Positions 7,344-19,600 of a stretch of DNA of 64,000 nucleotides are shown here, one piece after another. The number at the start of each line of letters is the position of its first letter. Position 1 is the first letter of the stretch. The translations under genes were made by a program, and so were the position numbers. Location of the stretch: assembly GCA_947170435.1 (NCBI GenBank), contig CAMVTO010000001.1:60780-124779 (forward strand), given 5' to 3'. The DNA is from an uncultured Clostridia bacterium. Its GTDB lineage: Bacteria > Bacillota > Clostridia > Oscillospirales > Oscillospiraceae. The notes below the pieces were generated by a model that made no database searches, was not told where the DNA came from, and was given only the letters and a program-made list of their open reading frames with translations.

Positions 7344-8381
7344 ATGGAATTGAGCGAGCGCAAAAAGCAAATACTGAAAGCGGTCGTCGAGCATTACATC
7401 GACAGCGCGGAGCCGGTCGGCTCCAAGCTGCTCGCGCAGGAGTTGGGCGTTTCGTCCGCGACGGTGCGCAACGAGTTCGCGGAGCTGTGCGACTTGGGTT
7501 ATTTGGAGCAGCCCCACACGTCCGCCGGGCGCGTGCCGTCGCCGCAGGGCTACCGGCTCTATGTCAACGAGCTGATGGAGCACCGCAGCGTCTCCGCCGA
7601 GGAGGCGGAGGGCATCGACGAAACGCTCCGCAGCAAGCTGATGGGCGGTGCGATCACCAACGCGGGACAGCTGGTGTCGTCCATTGTTCACTATCCGGCC
7701 TACTCCGTCACCGCGGGCAACGCGGGGCTGACGGTGGAACGCTTCGAGCTGATCCCTGTGGATGCCACGGGCTTCATCACCGTGGTGATGACAGACGACA
7801 AGAACGTCAAGAGCCAGCTGCAAAGCTCCGCGCTGCAATTCGACGCAGAGCGGCTGAGCGACCTCAAGAATCTGCTCAACACCCACTTTACCCACAAATC
7901 CCGGGCGGAGATGAGCGAGCACCTGATGAGCGTCAGCGACCAGCTGCCGCCGGAGCTGTTCCTCGTGCTCTCCAAGACGGTGGAGTACGCCGCCGGGATT
8001 CTGGACGCGGCGTCGCGGCGCGATGTCGTTACCACCGGCGCGAGCGAGATCCTGAAAATGCCGGAATATCGAGACGTGGACAAAGCCCACGAGCTGATGA
8101 CCTTCCTGGCAGACAACAAGGAACAGCTCCCCGTCCCGGAGGGCGACGGCCCGGTGCAGATCCTGATCGGCCCGGAAAACGTGGATCACGCGCTGCGGGA
8201 TACCAGCGTGGTGGTTGCCAGCTATGACATCGGCGACGGTATGCGCGGGCTGATCGGCGTAGTGGGGCCGACGCGCATGGACTACGCCACTGTGACCGCG
8301 CGGCTTTCGTACTTTGCCGAGAGTCTGACGAAGATGTTCGGCAAGGGCTTGCCGCCCGGACAAATCGAGGATAACACATAA
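7344..8381 (+). CDS. hrcA: Heat-inducible transcription repressor HrcA
   Basis: EPVGSK, SSATVRNE, QPHTSAGRVPS, GVVGPTRMDY; downstream of CIRCE. Confidence 0.97.
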   Translation: MELSERKKQILKAVVEHYIDSAEPVGSKLLAQELGVSSATVRNEFAELCDLGYLEQPHTSAGRVPSPQGYRLYVNELMEHRSVSAEEAEGIDETLRSKLMGGAITNAGQLVSSIVHYPAYSVTAGNAGLTVERFELIPVDATGFITVVMTDDKNVKSQLQSSALQFDAERLSDLKNLLNTHFTHKSRAEMSEHLMSVSDQLPPELFLVLSKTVEYAAGILDAASRRDVVTTGASEILKMPEYRDVDKAHELMTFLADNKEQLPVPEGDGPVQILIGPENVDHALRDTSVVVASYDIGDGMRGLIGVVGPTRMDYATVTARLSYFAESLTKMFGKGLPPGQIEDNT

Positions 8382-8396
8382 GGAGTATGAGGATAA

Positions 8397-8954
8397 ATGG
8401 CAGACGAAGAAAAGAAGGAAGAACAGGCGCCCGTTGCTGACGAGGCTCCCGAAGCAAAGGACGCCGCGGAAGCCGCCGAGCCGGAGACCTTCACCGTCAC
8501 GAAAGAGCAGATGGAGAAGATGGAGGTCGCGGCCAAGCAGCTTGCCGAACAGCAGGACAAATTCCTGCGCCTTGCCGCCGAGTACGACAACTACCGCAAG
8601 CGTACCGCCAAGGAAAAAGAAAACATCTACGCCGACGCGAAGATCGAGACCCTCACCGCGATGCTGCCGGTATACGACAATCTGGAGCGGGCGCTGGCGC
8701 AATTCGGCGACGACGATTCGCCCCACCGAAAGGGCGTGGAGATGATCTTCACCCAGTTCAAGGAGAGCCTGAGCAGGCTGGGCGTCAGCCCCATCGACGC
8801 GGTGGGTCAGCCCTTCGATCCGGAAAAGCACAACGCCGTGATGCACATCGAAGACGACGCGGTGGGCGAAAATACCGTGGTCGAGGTGTTGCAGCAGGGC
8901 TTCACGCTGGGCGACAAGGTGCTGCGGTTCGCAATCGTCAAGGTCGCGAATTGA
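8397..8954 (+). CDS. grpE: Nucleotide exchange factor GrpE
   Basis: LRLAAEYDNYRKR, FDPEKHNAV, QQGFTLGDKVLRFAIVKV. Confidence 0.96.
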   Translation: MADEEKKEEQAPVADEAPEAKDAAEAAEPETFTVTKEQMEKMEVAAKQLAEQQDKFLRLAAEYDNYRKRTAKEKENIYADAKIETLTAMLPVYDNLERALAQFGDDDSPHRKGVEMIFTQFKESLSRLGVSPIDAVGQPFDPEKHNAVMHIEDDAVGENTVVEVLQQGFTLGDKVLRFAIVKVAN

Positions 8955-8963
8955 ACGGCCTTT

Positions 8964-8979
8964 TGTTTCACGTGAAACG
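8964..8979. promoter_or_regulatory. parS centromere-like site (ParB/Spo0J binding)
   Basis: TGTTTCACGTGAAACG, 15/16 match to the consensus TGTTTCACGTGAAACA; intergenic. Confidence 0.85.
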
Positions 8980-9052
8980 ATTTTTGATAGAATTAGAAGT
9001 TATTCAATAAAAACAGTCTATAATAATTGACAGATATTAGGAGGCAAACATT

Positions 9053-10921
9053 ATGTCTAAAGTAATCGGAATCGACCTTGGTACTACCAACAGCTGCGTG
9101 GCGGTCATGGAGGGCGGCGAGGCCGTCGTTATTGCCAACGCCGAGGGCAACCGCACCACACCGTCCGTCGTCGCGTTCAGCAAGACCGGCGAGCGCATGG
9201 TGGGTCAGGTCGCAAAGCGTCAGGCGATCACCAATCCGGAGCGCACCATTTCCTCTATCAAGCGCGAGATGGGCACCGACCACCGCGTGGAGATCGACGG
9301 CAAGAAGCTCACCCCGCAGGAAATCAGCGCCATGATCCTCCAGAAGCTCAAGGCGGACGCCGAGAGCTATCTGGGCGGCACCGTCACCGAAGCGGTTATC
9401 ACCGTTCCCGCGTACTTCACCGACTCCCAGCGTCAGGCCACCAAGGACGCCGGCAAGATCGCCGGCCTTGACGTCAAGCGCATCATCAACGAGCCGACGG
9501 CGGCGGCGCTCGCCTACGGCGTGGACAAGGAGGGCCAGCCGCAGAAGATCATGGTCTACGACCTCGGCGGCGGCACGTTCGACGTGTCCATCCTCGACAT
9601 CGACGACGGCGTGATCGAGGTGCTGGCCACCGCGGGCAACAACCGTCTCGGCGGCGACGACTTCGACGAGTGCATCATGAAATACCTCGTGGACGAGTTC
9701 AAGAAGGCGGAGGGCATCGACCTGTCCACCGACAAGGTCGCCATGCAGCGCTTGAAGGAGGCCGCCGAAAAGGCGAAGATCGAGCTCTCCGGCGTCACGA
9801 CCTCCAACGTCAACCTGCCGTATATCACGGCGGACGCCACCGGCCCGAAGCATCTGGACGTGACGCTCACGCGCGCGAAGTTCAACGAGCTGACCGCGCA
9901 CCTCGTCGAGGCGACCATGGGTCCCGTGCGTCAGGCTATGAGCGACGCCGGCCTCAAGGCGGGCGATCTCGCCAAGGTGCTGATGGTGGGCGGCTCCAGC
10001 CGTATCCCCGCCGTGCAGGACGCGGTGAAGAACTTCACCGGCAAGGAGCCGTTCAAGGGCATCAACCCCGACGAGTGCGTCGCCATGGGCGCGGCGCTCC
10101 AGGCAGGCGTGCTGACCGGCGACGTCAAGGGCCTGCTGCTGCTCGACGTTACCCCGCTGAGCCTCGGCATTGAGACCATGGGCGGCGTTTGCACCAAGCT
10201 CATCGAGCGCAACACCACCATCCCCGTCAAGAAGAGCCAGATCTTCTCCACCGCCGCGGACGGCCAGACCTCCGTCGAGGTCAACGTCCTCCAGGGCGAG
10301 CGCGAGATGGCGGCGGCGAACAAGAGCCTCGGCCGCTTCCACCTCGACGGCATCGCTCCGGCGCGCCGCGGCGTGCCGCAGATCGAGGTCACGTTCGACA
10401 TCGACGCCAACGGCATCGTGAACGTCAGCGCCAAGGACCTCGGCACCGGCCAGGAGCAGCACATCACCATCACCGCGTCCTCCAACATGAGCAAGGAGGA
10501 CATCGAAAAGGCGGTCAAGGAGGCGGAGCAGTTCGCCGCCGAGGACGCCAAGGCGAAAGAGAAGGTCGAGATTCGCAACGCCGCCGACCAGATGGTCTAT
10601 CAGAGCGAAAAGACCCTCGGCGAGGTGGGCGACAAGCTGCCTGCCGACGAGAAGGCAAAGGTGCAAGCGGGCGTCGACAAGCTCAAGGAGGCCCTCAAGG
10701 GCGATGACACCGCCGCGATCAAGGCCGCGACGGATGAGCTGACCCAGATGTTCTATGCCATGAGCGAGAAGCTCTATCAGGGCACGAATCCGCAGGGCGG
10801 CGCGCAGGGCGCTTACGGCGCCGGCCCCGACATGGGCAATATGGGCGGTCAGCCGAACGGCGGTCAGCAGTATTACGACGCTGACTACAAAGTGGTTGAC
10901 GAGGACGACCAGAACAAGTAA
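9053..10921 (+). CDS. dnaK: Chaperone DnaK
   Basis: [39 protein letters not shown]. Confidence 0.99.
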   Translation: MSKVIGIDLGTTNSCVAVMEGGEAVVIANAEGNRTTPSVVAFSKTGERMVGQVAKRQAITNPERTISSIKREMGTDHRVEIDGKKLTPQEISAMILQKLKADAESYLGGTVTEAVITVPAYFTDSQRQATKDAGKIAGLDVKRIINEPTAAALAYGVDKEGQPQKIMVYDLGGGTFDVSILDIDDGVIEVLATAGNNRLGGDDFDECIMKYLVDEFKKAEGIDLSTDKVAMQRLKEAAEKAKIELSGVTTSNVNLPYITADATGPKHLDVTLTRAKFNELTAHLVEATMGPVRQAMSDAGLKAGDLAKVLMVGGSSRIPAVQDAVKNFTGKEPFKGINPDECVAMGAALQAGVLTGDVKGLLLLDVTPLSLGIETMGGVCTKLIERNTTIPVKKSQIFSTAADGQTSVEVNVLQGEREMAAANKSLGRFHLDGIAPARRGVPQIEVTFDIDANGIVNVSAKDLGTGQEQHITITASSNMSKEDIEKAVKEAEQFAAEDAKAKEKVEIRNAADQMVYQSEKTLGEVGDKLPADEKAKVQAGVDKLKEALKGDDTAAIKAATDELTQMFYAMSEKLYQGTNPQGGAQGAYGAGPDMGNMGGQPNGGQQYYDADYKVVDEDDQNK

Positions 10922-10995
10922 AATCAGATCAAATACCACAGCGGGGACGGCTCAACCGAGCCGCCCCCGAATGTGGCGTTTTAGGGGAGTTATCC

Positions 10996-12138
10996 ATGGC
11001 AGATCATAAACGGGATTATTACGAGGTGTTGGGCCTGCAAAAGGGCGCCTCGGAGGAAGAGATCAAAAAAGCGTATAAAAAGCTGGCGCGAAAGTACCAT
11101 CCTGACATGAACCCCGGCGACAAAGAGGCCGAGGAGAAGTTTAAGGAGGTCAACGAGGCCAACGAAGTGCTCTCTGACCCGGAGAAGAAGGCGCGCTATG
11201 ACCAGTTCGGCTTCGCCGGCGTCGACCCGAGCTACGGCGCGGGCGCGGGCGGCGCCTACGGCGGCGGCATGGACTTTGACTTCGGAGATTTGGGCGATAT
11301 CTTCGGCAGCTTTTTTGGCGGCGGCTTCGGTGGCTCCCGCGCGAATCCGAACGCGCCGCAGCGCGGCGAAAGCCTGCGTACCAGCGTGAATATCACGTTC
11401 GAGGAGGCCTGCTTCGGCTGTGAGAAGGAGGTCATCATCGAGCGCGTGGAGCAGTGCGATGATTGCCGCGGCAGCGGCTGCGAGAAGGGGACCACCGCGG
11501 AGGTCTGTCAGGAATGCGGCGGCCGCGGCGTGGTGCAGCGCCGCCAGCAGACGCCGCTGGGTTTCATGGCCAGCACGGCGCCGTGCCTCAAGTGCGGCGG
11601 CAAGGGCAAGATCATTCACAAGCCCTGCAAGACCTGCGGCGGCCGGGGTCAGGTGCGCAAGCGCAAGACCATCAAGGTCAACATTCCCGCGGGCATTGAC
11701 AACGGCCAGACCATCTCGCTGCGCTCTCAGGGCAACGCCGGCAAGAACGGCGGTCCGGCGGGCGACCTGCTCATCGTCATCGCTGTGCGGCCCCACGAAA
11801 TCTTCCGCCGCGAGGGCACCAGCATTCTCTGCGAAGCGCCGATCACCTTTGCACAGGCGGCGCTGGGCGCGGAGCTGGAGATTCCCACCATCGACGGCAA
11901 GGTGAAGTATACCATCCCGGAGGGGACGCAGTCCGGCACAACGTTCCGGCTCAAGGGCAAGGGCGTACCCGGCATGGGCGGACGCGCGCGCGGCGATCAG
12001 TATGTGACCGTGTACATCGAGACCCCGCGCAACCTCAACAAGGAGCAGAAAGCTGCGCTCAAAAAGTTCAGCGAGCTGTTGGGCGAGAAAAACTACGAAG
12101 AAGACAAGGGCGGGTTTTTCGGCAAATTCAAGAAATAG
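10996..12138 (+). CDS. dnaJ: Chaperone DnaJ
   Basis: J domain with HPD, G/F-rich region, four CxxCxGxG repeats. Confidence 0.98.
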   Translation: MADHKRDYYEVLGLQKGASEEEIKKAYKKLARKYHPDMNPGDKEAEEKFKEVNEANEVLSDPEKKARYDQFGFAGVDPSYGAGAGGAYGGGMDFDFGDLGDIFGSFFGGGFGGSRANPNAPQRGESLRTSVNITFEEACFGCEKEVIIERVEQCDDCRGSGCEKGTTAEVCQECGGRGVVQRRQQTPLGFMASTAPCLKCGGKGKIIHKPCKTCGGRGQVRKRKTIKVNIPAGIDNGQTISLRSQGNAGKNGGPAGDLLIVIAVRPHEIFRREGTSILCEAPITFAQAALGAELEIPTIDGKVKYTIPEGTQSGTTFRLKGKGVPGMGGRARGDQYVTVYIETPRNLNKEQKAALKKFSELLGEKNYEEDKGGFFGKFKK

Positions 12139-12156
12139 GCAAAGGATTGATGTGAG

Positions 12157-13236
12157 ATGCGAAATACCGGCACAAGAGGCTATTCCGGTTACCGGGGACG
12201 GCGCGGCGGCAAGCCCGTGCTGATCCTCGTGCTGCTGCTGATTCTGTTGGCGGCGGTGGCTTTTCTGGCGGTGCAGCGCTATATGGTTTTCCATGGGGAC
12301 GGCTCGTATCACTTTGAGCTGCCCTGGGCACGCTATGCCGAGGCTGCGCCGGAGCCGCAGAAAACCGGACAGGAGCTGGAGATCGTCATCGAACAGCCGG
12401 AGGAACAGGCAGCGGCCGAAGAAGAAAAACAGCCGGAGCAGAGCGCTGTACAGCCAATGCGTGCGCAGGAACTGGATGCGTCCGCGCTTTCCGGGAGCAT
12501 GGAGCGCGACCTCGCCGCACTTCCCGAGTCCATCAACGCTGTCGCCATCCGCGTCAAGACTGTGAGTGGCGACCTGCTCTATCCGTCGGCGCTGAAACTG
12601 GCGCTCGACGCGGGCGCGGTGCAGGGCAGCAGCATCGCCCGCAGCGCCATCGAGGATCTGACCGCTTCGGGCCGCTATACCATCGCGCGGCTCTCCGCGC
12701 TGCACGACAGCCGGTTTTCCTTCGCGCATATGACCGACGCGGCGGTACTGCAAAAGGCATACAAAAACAACATCTGGTACGCGCCCGACAGCAGCTTCTA
12801 CCTCGCGGCGGAGAAGGAGCTGACCCGCGAATATCTCACGGCGATCGCCGCGGAGGTGGCGGAGCTGGGCTTCGACGAGCTGCTCTTCGACGAGTTTGGC
12901 TATCCGGCGGCGGGCCGCCTCAGCAACATTGACGACAGCGCGCGGACGGTGACGATGCAGGAAGCGCTCGCCACGCTGGCGGAGAACCTTCGCGAAACCG
13001 CAACGGCGCACAATGTGCGCCTCTCCGTTGTCCTGGACGAGGCGACGGTCCTCAATGGCGGCAATGAGAAATCCGGCCAGGAGCTTGCGACGCTTGCCAC
13101 AATCTTTGACCGCATCTACGTCCGCACCACGGAGCCGCAGCCGCTGCAAGCCGCATTGGAGCCATACCGCGCAGAGCTGGTGCCGATGGTCACAGAACCG
13201 CCTGCGGATGGAACATACCTAATTGTATCGGAATAA
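12157..13236 (+). CDS. Membrane-anchored putative glycoside hydrolase (DUF4015-like TIM barrel)
   Basis: N-terminal TM; NAVAIRVKTVSG, YTIARLSALHD, EVAELGFDELLFDEFGYP pattern. Confidence 0.6.
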   Translation: MRNTGTRGYSGYRGRRGGKPVLILVLLLILLAAVAFLAVQRYMVFHGDGSYHFELPWARYAEAAPEPQKTGQELEIVIEQPEEQAAAEEEKQPEQSAVQPMRAQELDASALSGSMERDLAALPESINAVAIRVKTVSGDLLYPSALKLALDAGAVQGSSIARSAIEDLTASGRYTIARLSALHDSRFSFAHMTDAAVLQKAYKNNIWYAPDSSFYLAAEKELTREYLTAIAAEVAELGFDELLFDEFGYPAAGRLSNIDDSARTVTMQEALATLAENLRETATAHNVRLSVVLDEATVLNGGNEKSGQELATLATIFDRIYVRTTEPQPLQAALEPYRAELVPMVTEPPADGTYLIVSE

Positions 13237-13280
13237 ACCATACAAAATAGTACCTGATAAAAAAGAGAGGGTTTGACACC

Positions 13281-14033
13281 ATGCGCCTGATTTCCTGGAA
13301 TGTCAACGGCCTGCGCGCCTGCCTGAACAAGGGATTCATGGACTTCGTCCATACCATCAACGCCGACGTCATTTGCCTGCAGGAGACCAAGGTGCAGGCG
13401 GGGCAGATCGCGCTGGAGCTGCCGGGATACCATCAGTTTTGGAACTACGCGGACAAAAAGGGATACTCCGGCACAGCGGTGTTCACCAAGCCGGAGCCGC
13501 TGTCCGTGACCTATGGCTTTGGCGAGGATATCCACCGCCATGAGGGACGGGTCATTACCGCGGAGTATTCGGACTTTTACCTGGTGTGCTGCTACACGCC
13601 CAACTCGCAGGACGAACTGCGCCGGCTGGATTACCGTATGCAGTGGGAAGACGACCTGCGCGCGTATCTGTGCGAGCTGGATCTGGTGAAGCCGGTGGTC
13701 TACTGCGGCGATCTGAACGTGGCGCATGAGGAGATCGACCTTAAAAATCCAAAGACCAATCACTTCAATCCCGGCTTCTCCGACGAAGAGCGCGGCAAGA
13801 TGACCGAGCTGCTTGCCAGCGGCTTTCTCGACACCTTCCGCACCCTGCATCCCGACGCGGTGGACGCGTACTCGTGGTGGAGCTACCGTGCGGCGTCCCG
13901 CGAGCGGAATGTGGGGTGGCGCATCGACTATTTCATCGCCTCCGAGCGACTGCGTGACCGCATTGAGACGGCGAGCATCCTGCCGGAGGTCACGGGCAGC
14001 GACCATTGTCCGGTGATGCTGGAGCTGGCATAA
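13281..14033 (+). CDS. xth: Exodeoxyribonuclease III / AP endonuclease
   Basis: ISWNVNGLRA, LQETK, GYSGTA, GDLNVAH, GWRIDYF, SDHCP. Confidence 0.97.
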   Translation: MRLISWNVNGLRACLNKGFMDFVHTINADVICLQETKVQAGQIALELPGYHQFWNYADKKGYSGTAVFTKPEPLSVTYGFGEDIHRHEGRVITAEYSDFYLVCCYTPNSQDELRRLDYRMQWEDDLRAYLCELDLVKPVVYCGDLNVAHEEIDLKNPKTNHFNPGFSDEERGKMTELLASGFLDTFRTLHPDAVDAYSWWSYRAASRERNVGWRIDYFIASERLRDRIETASILPEVTGSDHCPVMLELA

Positions 14034-14059
14034 GAAACGGTTTCACGGATCGTTCTTAC

Positions 14060-14092
14060 AAAAAAAGAGACCGACGAAAGTCGGTCTCTTTT
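14060..14092. terminator. Bidirectional terminator between xth and thiolase
   Basis: AAAAGAGACCGAC-GAAA-GTCGGTCTCTTTT. Confidence 0.9.
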
Positions 14093-14109
14093 CATTTACT
14101 TAAGAGCAA

Positions 14110-15363
14110 TCAGCACTTCTCAAACACCGTCGCAACGCCCTGGCCGCCGCCGATGCACAGCGTGGCGAGGCCCTTCTTCGCCTCGGGGCGCTTCTGCATC
14201 TCGTGCAGCAGCGTGACGATGATACGCGCGCCGGACGCGCCGACGGGGTGGCCGATGGAGATCGCGCCGCCGTTGACGTTGACCTTGCTCATGTCGAAGC
14301 CCAGCTCACGCGCGACGGCAATGCTCTGCGCCGCAAACGCCTCGTTGGCCTCGATGAGGTCCATATCCTTGACCTCGCAGCCGGCCTTCTTCATGGCCTG
14401 GCGGGTCGCGACGACCGGGCCGACGCCCATGATCTTCGGATCGACGCCGCCCTGGCCCCAGCCGATCAGCTTCGCCATGGGCTTGAGGTTGTACTTCTTG
14501 ACCGCTTCGCCGCTGGCGAGGACGATGGCAGCCGCGCCGTCATTGATGCCGGAGGCGTTGCCCGCGGTGACGCGCTGCTGGCCCTTGTCGTCGCTGTCCT
14601 GGATGCCGTGGGGCTCAAAGGTGTGCGTGACCTGCGGCGCCGGGGACTCGGGGCCGACGGGGAACGCGCCGCGCAACGTGGCGAGCTTGTCGAGCGGGGA
14701 AAGGCGCGGGAACTCATCGACCTTGAACTCGACGGTCTCCTTCTTGACCTTCACGGGGACGGGAACGATCTCGTCTTCGAAGCGGCCGGACTCGATGGCG
14801 GCCTTCGCCTTGCTCTGGGAGGAGAACGCGAACTCGTCCTGCTCCTTGCGGGAGATGCCCCACACGTCGTTGATGTTCTCGGCGGTGGTGCCCATGTGGT
14901 AGTTGTTGAACGCATCCCAAAGGCCGTCCTTAATCATCTCGTCAACGACCTTCTTGTCGCCCATGCGGGCGCCCCAGCGCTCGTCGGGGAGGGTGTAAGG
15001 AGCCGCGCTCATGTTCTCGGTGCCGCCCGCGACGACGATCTCAGCGTCACCGGCGAGGATGCTGCGCGCCGCCTCGATGACGGACTTCATGCCGGAGCCG
15101 CAGACCATGCCGACGGTGTAGGCGGGGACGGAATAGGGGAGACCGGCCTTGACGCCGACCTGACGCGCAACGTTCTGGCCGAGGCCGGCGGTCAGGATGC
15201 AGCCGAACATCAGCTCATCGACGTTCTCCGGGGCAACGTTCGCGCGCTTGAGCGCTTCCTTGACGACGATGGCGCCGAGGTCAGCGGCCGGGGTGTTCTT
15301 CAGGCTTCCGCCATAGGAGCCGACGGCGGTACGGCAGCAATTCACTACATACAGGTCTTTCAT
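14110..15363 (-). CDS. thlA: Acetyl-CoA C-acetyltransferase (thiolase)
   Basis: VCGSGM catalytic Cys, [33 protein letters not shown]; GAAGGAG RBS. Confidence 0.95.
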   Translation of the reverse strand: MKDLYVVNCCRTAVGSYGGSLKNTPAADLGAIVVKEALKRANVAPENVDELMFGCILTAGLGQNVARQVGVKAGLPYSVPAYTVGMVCGSGMKSVIEAARSILAGDAEIVVAGGTENMSAAPYTLPDERWGARMGDKKVVDEMIKDGLWDAFNNYHMGTTAENINDVWGISRKEQDEFAFSSQSKAKAAIESGRFEDEIVPVPVKVKKETVEFKVDEFPRLSPLDKLATLRGAFPVGPESPAPQVTHTFEPHGIQDSDDKGQQRVTAGNASGINDGAAAIVLASGEAVKKYNLKPMAKLIGWGQGGVDPKIMGVGPVVATRQAMKKAGCEVKDMDLIEANEAFAAQSIAVARELGFDMSKVNVNGGAISIGHPVGASGARIIVTLLHEMQKRPEAKKGLATLCIGGGQGVATVFEKC

Positions 15364-15504
15364 GGGCGTTTCTCCTTCGTAATTGTAAAGTTTTGGGCGC
15401 TTACGCGCATTGTCAACAGACAAATTATAACTGAGCCACAGGGAAAAATCAAGCCTTATGCCGCCGTGTTTCACAGTTGTCGCGCAGGCGGAGGCAAACC
15501 GGCA

Positions 15505-16620
15505 TCAATCGTCCTGCACGGCGCGCAGCGCGGCGTAGACCTTCTCTGCGTCAAAGCGGTCTGCGATCGGGCTGAGCTCCATCTCGGCACGATCCACCTC
15601 CGCGGTAAAAAACACCTCGAAGTAGGTATCGCGCACCGCCTCCGCCGCGGCATGGATGCCAAGCGGGCGGCGGAGAATGATATGATAGCCGTGCTCGGAT
15701 TCCACGACGTCGCTGATCTCGTTCTCACCCAGCAGCCGCGCAGCAAGATCAAAGGCTTCTGCCATCTCGCCGTGAGTGAAGGTGTAGCCCTCCGGGTTCA
15801 GCGCACGGCCGGGGTCCTCGCTGTACTCGTCCGCCAGCGCGGCAAAGTCCGCCACGGGATCGCTGCTGGCGTGCAGCCGGGCGAGGATGTCCTCGGCAAG
15901 CGCTTTCTTTTCCGCGGCGGCGGCTTCGTCCAGCGGCTCGCGCGTCTCGGGATCGACGGTGGCAAGCAGAATGTGATCGGCGGTGATATAGCCCGAACCC
16001 GCGGCGTAGGCGTGGAGCACGTTATCATCGGCGTAGAGGGCGGAGCCGGGGGTGACGTAGGCGTCGTAGAACGCCTGATACAGCGCGCCGGCGCGGCTCA
16101 CGCGATCAAAGCTTTCCTCGGTGAGGCCCAGCTTGTAGATCTCCGCGCGGTAGCCGTCCTCGCCGAGCTGCTCGATGTCCGCCTGACGCTGCGCGTCCAG
16201 CGCGGCTTGCGCCTCGTCGGAGAGCGTGATGCCGTACTGCTCTGCCAGATTTTCCAGCACAAGCTGCTGCTTGACCAGCTCCAACGATTCTGAAAGGACG
16301 GTCTCCTTCGGGTCGTTGCCGTTGGCGAGCGGCTGGCTGAAGTCCAGGCCCGCGCCGTTGTAGGCACGCAGCACATAGTCGAGGTACGCGCAGCTGTAGC
16401 CGATCTGGTAGGTCAGCAGCTCCGCGGGCGCGGTATTGCCGTCCACCGTGGCGACGGTCGCGCCGCCGGGCACGCCAATGGCGGCAAAGGTGATGCCCTG
16501 CTCCAGCTGCGCGGGAGAAAACTCCGGCGCGGTGGGGGTAAAGCGCACAATGGCGGCGCCTGCCGCCAGCGAGATGGCTGCCGCCAGCAGAGCGGATAAC
16601 AGACGATCTTTCCACAGCAT
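15505..16620 (-). CDS. Parvulin-type peptidylprolyl isomerase (PrsA/SurA-like), exported
   Basis: Signal or TM N-terminus; ADHILL, FAALADEYSEDPG, VESEHGYHII. Confidence 0.85.
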   Translation of the reverse strand: MLWKDRLLSALLAAAISLAAGAAIVRFTPTAPEFSPAQLEQGITFAAIGVPGGATVATVDGNTAPAELLTYQIGYSCAYLDYVLRAYNGAGLDFSQPLANGNDPKETVLSESLELVKQQLVLENLAEQYGITLSDEAQAALDAQRQADIEQLGEDGYRAEIYKLGLTEESFDRVSRAGALYQAFYDAYVTPGSALYADDNVLHAYAAGSGYITADHILLATVDPETREPLDEAAAAEKKALAEDILARLHASSDPVADFAALADEYSEDPGRALNPEGYTFTHGEMAEAFDLAARLLGENEISDVVESEHGYHIILRRPLGIHAAAEAVRDTYFEVFFTAEVDRAEMELSPIADRFDAEKVYAALRAVQDD

Positions 16621-16623
16621 AAT

Positions 16624-19600
16624 TCAAGCCTCCGTATTCACATGCAATTCGTTGACAAGGGTCAAAGCGCTGTCCAGCACATCCTCGCCGCGGGCGAGCT
16701 TCAGCGCCAGCTTCGGTTCCGTGCCCGCCGACAGCGTCAGCCGCCGTCGGTTGCGGGGCGATGCGCACAGACGCATGACGGCCTCCACCGGGAAACCATC
16801 GCCGCCGAAGGTGAAGGTCACGGTCTCGCCGCGCTGAGTGATATCCCGCACGCCGACCTCCGCGGCGGCGGTGCGCAGCAGCGCCACATCCATCAGGGCC
16901 AGCACGCTCTTGGGCGGATCGCCGTAGCGGTCCATCAGCTCGTCGAGCAGGTCGCGGGACTCCTCCTGTGTTTGCAGCGCCGCAATACGCCGGTACACGT
17001 CCATGCGCTGTTCCGGAGAAGGAATGTAGCTCTCCGGCAGATTGGCCGACACGGTAAGATCGGCGGCGCAGTCCTCGCGGCGGGACCTTTTGCCGCCCCT
17101 TTCCTCAAGCACAGCATCTTCCAAAAGCTGCAAATACATATCGTAGCCCACGGACATCATGTAGCCCGACTGCTCGGGGCCGAGCAGATTGCCCGCGCCG
17201 CGGATCTCCAGATCACGCATGGCGATGCGGAAGCCCGAGCCGAACTCCGCATACTCGCGGATGGCGGTGAGCCGCTTGTTGGCGACCTCGGTGAGGATTT
17301 TGCCGGGGCGGTAGGTCATATAGGCGTATGCGCGCCGCGCGCTGCGGCCGATGCGTCCGCGGATCTGATGCAGCTGAGCAAGTCCCATGCGATCGGCATC
17401 CTCGATGATAAGGGTGTTTACATTCGGTATGTCAATACCGGTCTCGATGATCGTGGTGCAGACCAGCACCTGCACCGCGCCGGTCTCCATGTCCTGCATG
17501 ACGGAGGACAGCCCGCGCTCATCCAGCTTGCCGTGGGCGATGGCAACGCCAACGTCGTCGCCGAGCATTTGCCGGAGCCGCGCGGCGCAGCGGTCGATGG
17601 TCTCCACGCGGTTGTGGAGATAGTACACCTGCCCGCCGCGGGCAAGCTCGCGCCGAATGGCATCGCCGATCACGCCCCAGTCGTGCTCCAGCACATAGGT
17701 CTGCACCGGCTGACGGCCCTCCGGCGGAGTCTCGATGGTGCTCATGTCACGCAGACCGGAGAGCGCCATGTTCAGCGTGCGCGGGATCGGCGTCGCCGAC
17801 AGCGTGAGCGTGTCCACCTGCCGCGCCAGCTCGCGCAGGCGCTCCTTGTGACTCACGCCGAAGCGCTGCTCCTCGTCAATGATGAGCAGCCCAAGATCAT
17901 GGAAGCGCATGTTCTTTTGCAGCAACGCGTGAGTGCCGATCAGAAGGTCGACGTGACCCTCGGCGGTATCCTGCAAAATCTTTTTCTTCTCGGCCGGGGT
18001 CTTGAAGCGGCTCAGCGCTTCGATCCGCACCGGAAAGGAACGGAAGCGCGCCATCGCCGTAGCGTAGTGCTGTTGCGCAAGCACAGTCGTCGGCACGAGG
18101 ATCGCCACCTGCTTGCCGTCCAGAATGCACTTCATCGCGGCGCGCAGCGCCACCTCGGTCTTGCCGTAACCCACGTCGCCGCAGAGCAGGCGATCCATGG
18201 GCGTCTTGTGCTCCATGTCGCTCTTAATCTCGGCAATGGCGCGCATCTGATCGTCGGTTTCGGCATAATCGAATGAATCCTCAAATTCACGCTGCCATGG
18301 TGAATCCGGCGAGAACGCAAAACCCGGCCGGCGCTGCCGCTCGGCGTAGAGCGCGATCAGCCCCTTGGCGAGATCCTTCGCCGCGGCCTTGGCTTTGGCT
18401 TTTGCCTTTGTCCAGTCCGTGCCGCCCAGCTTGCTGAGCCGGGTGGTGGGGTGCCCCTCCTCGTCCTCGCCGCCGCCGATGTACTTTGACACGAGGTCGA
18501 GCTGTGTCGCGGGGACGTAGAGGCTGTCGCTGCCGGCGTAGGCGATCTTGATATAGTCTTTGTCCACACCGTCCACGCGCATGCGCTCGATGCCCACGAA
18601 GCGGCCGATGCCGTGGTGGACGTGAACGACGAGGTCGCCGGGGGAGAGGTCGGTGTAGGATTGCAGCTTTTGGCGATTCGCGTCCCGCGTCTGGCGGGTC
18701 TTGGCCTTTTTGCCCGCCACCGGCGCGGTGAGCTGCCCCTCGGTGAGGATCGCCAGCTTCAGTTGCGGCAGCTCGCAGCCCGCGGAGAGGGTGCCGAGAC
18801 CGATGGTGATCTCCCCTAGCCGGGGCAGGGTTTCGTTTTTGAAATCGGGGCGCGCATGGATCCCGCGCTCCTCCAGCAGCCGCAGGAAATTTTTGGCGCG
18901 CGTCTCGTTGCCGCAGAGCACGTTCACGCCGCTGCCGGCAGAGATATAGTGCTGCATGTCTGCCGCCGCCGTCTCCAGGCTGCCGCCGTAGGAGGGCAGT
19001 TGCTTGACGTTCATGGAAAGCAACGCGCGCGGCGGCAGCAGGTCGCGGGAGGTGGGCAGCGCGTTGAGCTGCACAGCCGGGAATTCACCCAGCTTCGCCG
19101 TCAGCCGGTCGGCGGTGAGCGCGACCTCAGCGAACGAACCCGCCAGCTCGCCGGTCTCGATAAGCGGCAGGCTGTCCTGCTCCAGCTCCCAGAGGAAACC
19201 CTTTACACGCTCGGCGAGCCGTGCGCCGTCGCTCAGGAACACCAGCGCGTCGCTGGGCAGATAGTCCAGCGCGGTTACCGCCGTGGGGTAGCAGGCGAGC
19301 AAGTAGCGGTCCATGCCGCCCACGGGCAGCCGCTGCTGAAAGCGTTCCAGATCGGCGCGGAGGGTTTCGACCGCCTTATCCGCACCCTTTTTGCGCGCCA
19401 GCTGCTTCATTGCGTGCTCCACGCGTGCGTACAGCCCCTCACGTCCGCCCTCGGCAGCGTCAGGCAGCACCTCCGCAGCGGGGAGGATGGTCAGCTTTTT
19501 GATATTCTTCGTGCGGCGCTGAGTCGAGACATCGAACTCGCCCATGGCGTCGATCTCATCGTCAAAAAACTCGATGCGCACCGGCTCCGCGAGCGGTGAC

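Noticed and set aside
8993-13149. Long antisense ORFs over dnaK and dnaJ (648 and 719 aa), and similar ones at 14203-16293, 21050-23146, 56660-59335 and 60589-63051
   Set aside because: Shadow frames of GC3-rich real genes; no RBS or recognisable motifs
14031-14058. AGAAACGGTTTCA matching the 3' end of repeat family 1
   Set aside because: Only 13 bp; lacks the left arm and loop; possibly a remnant but not supportable as a copy
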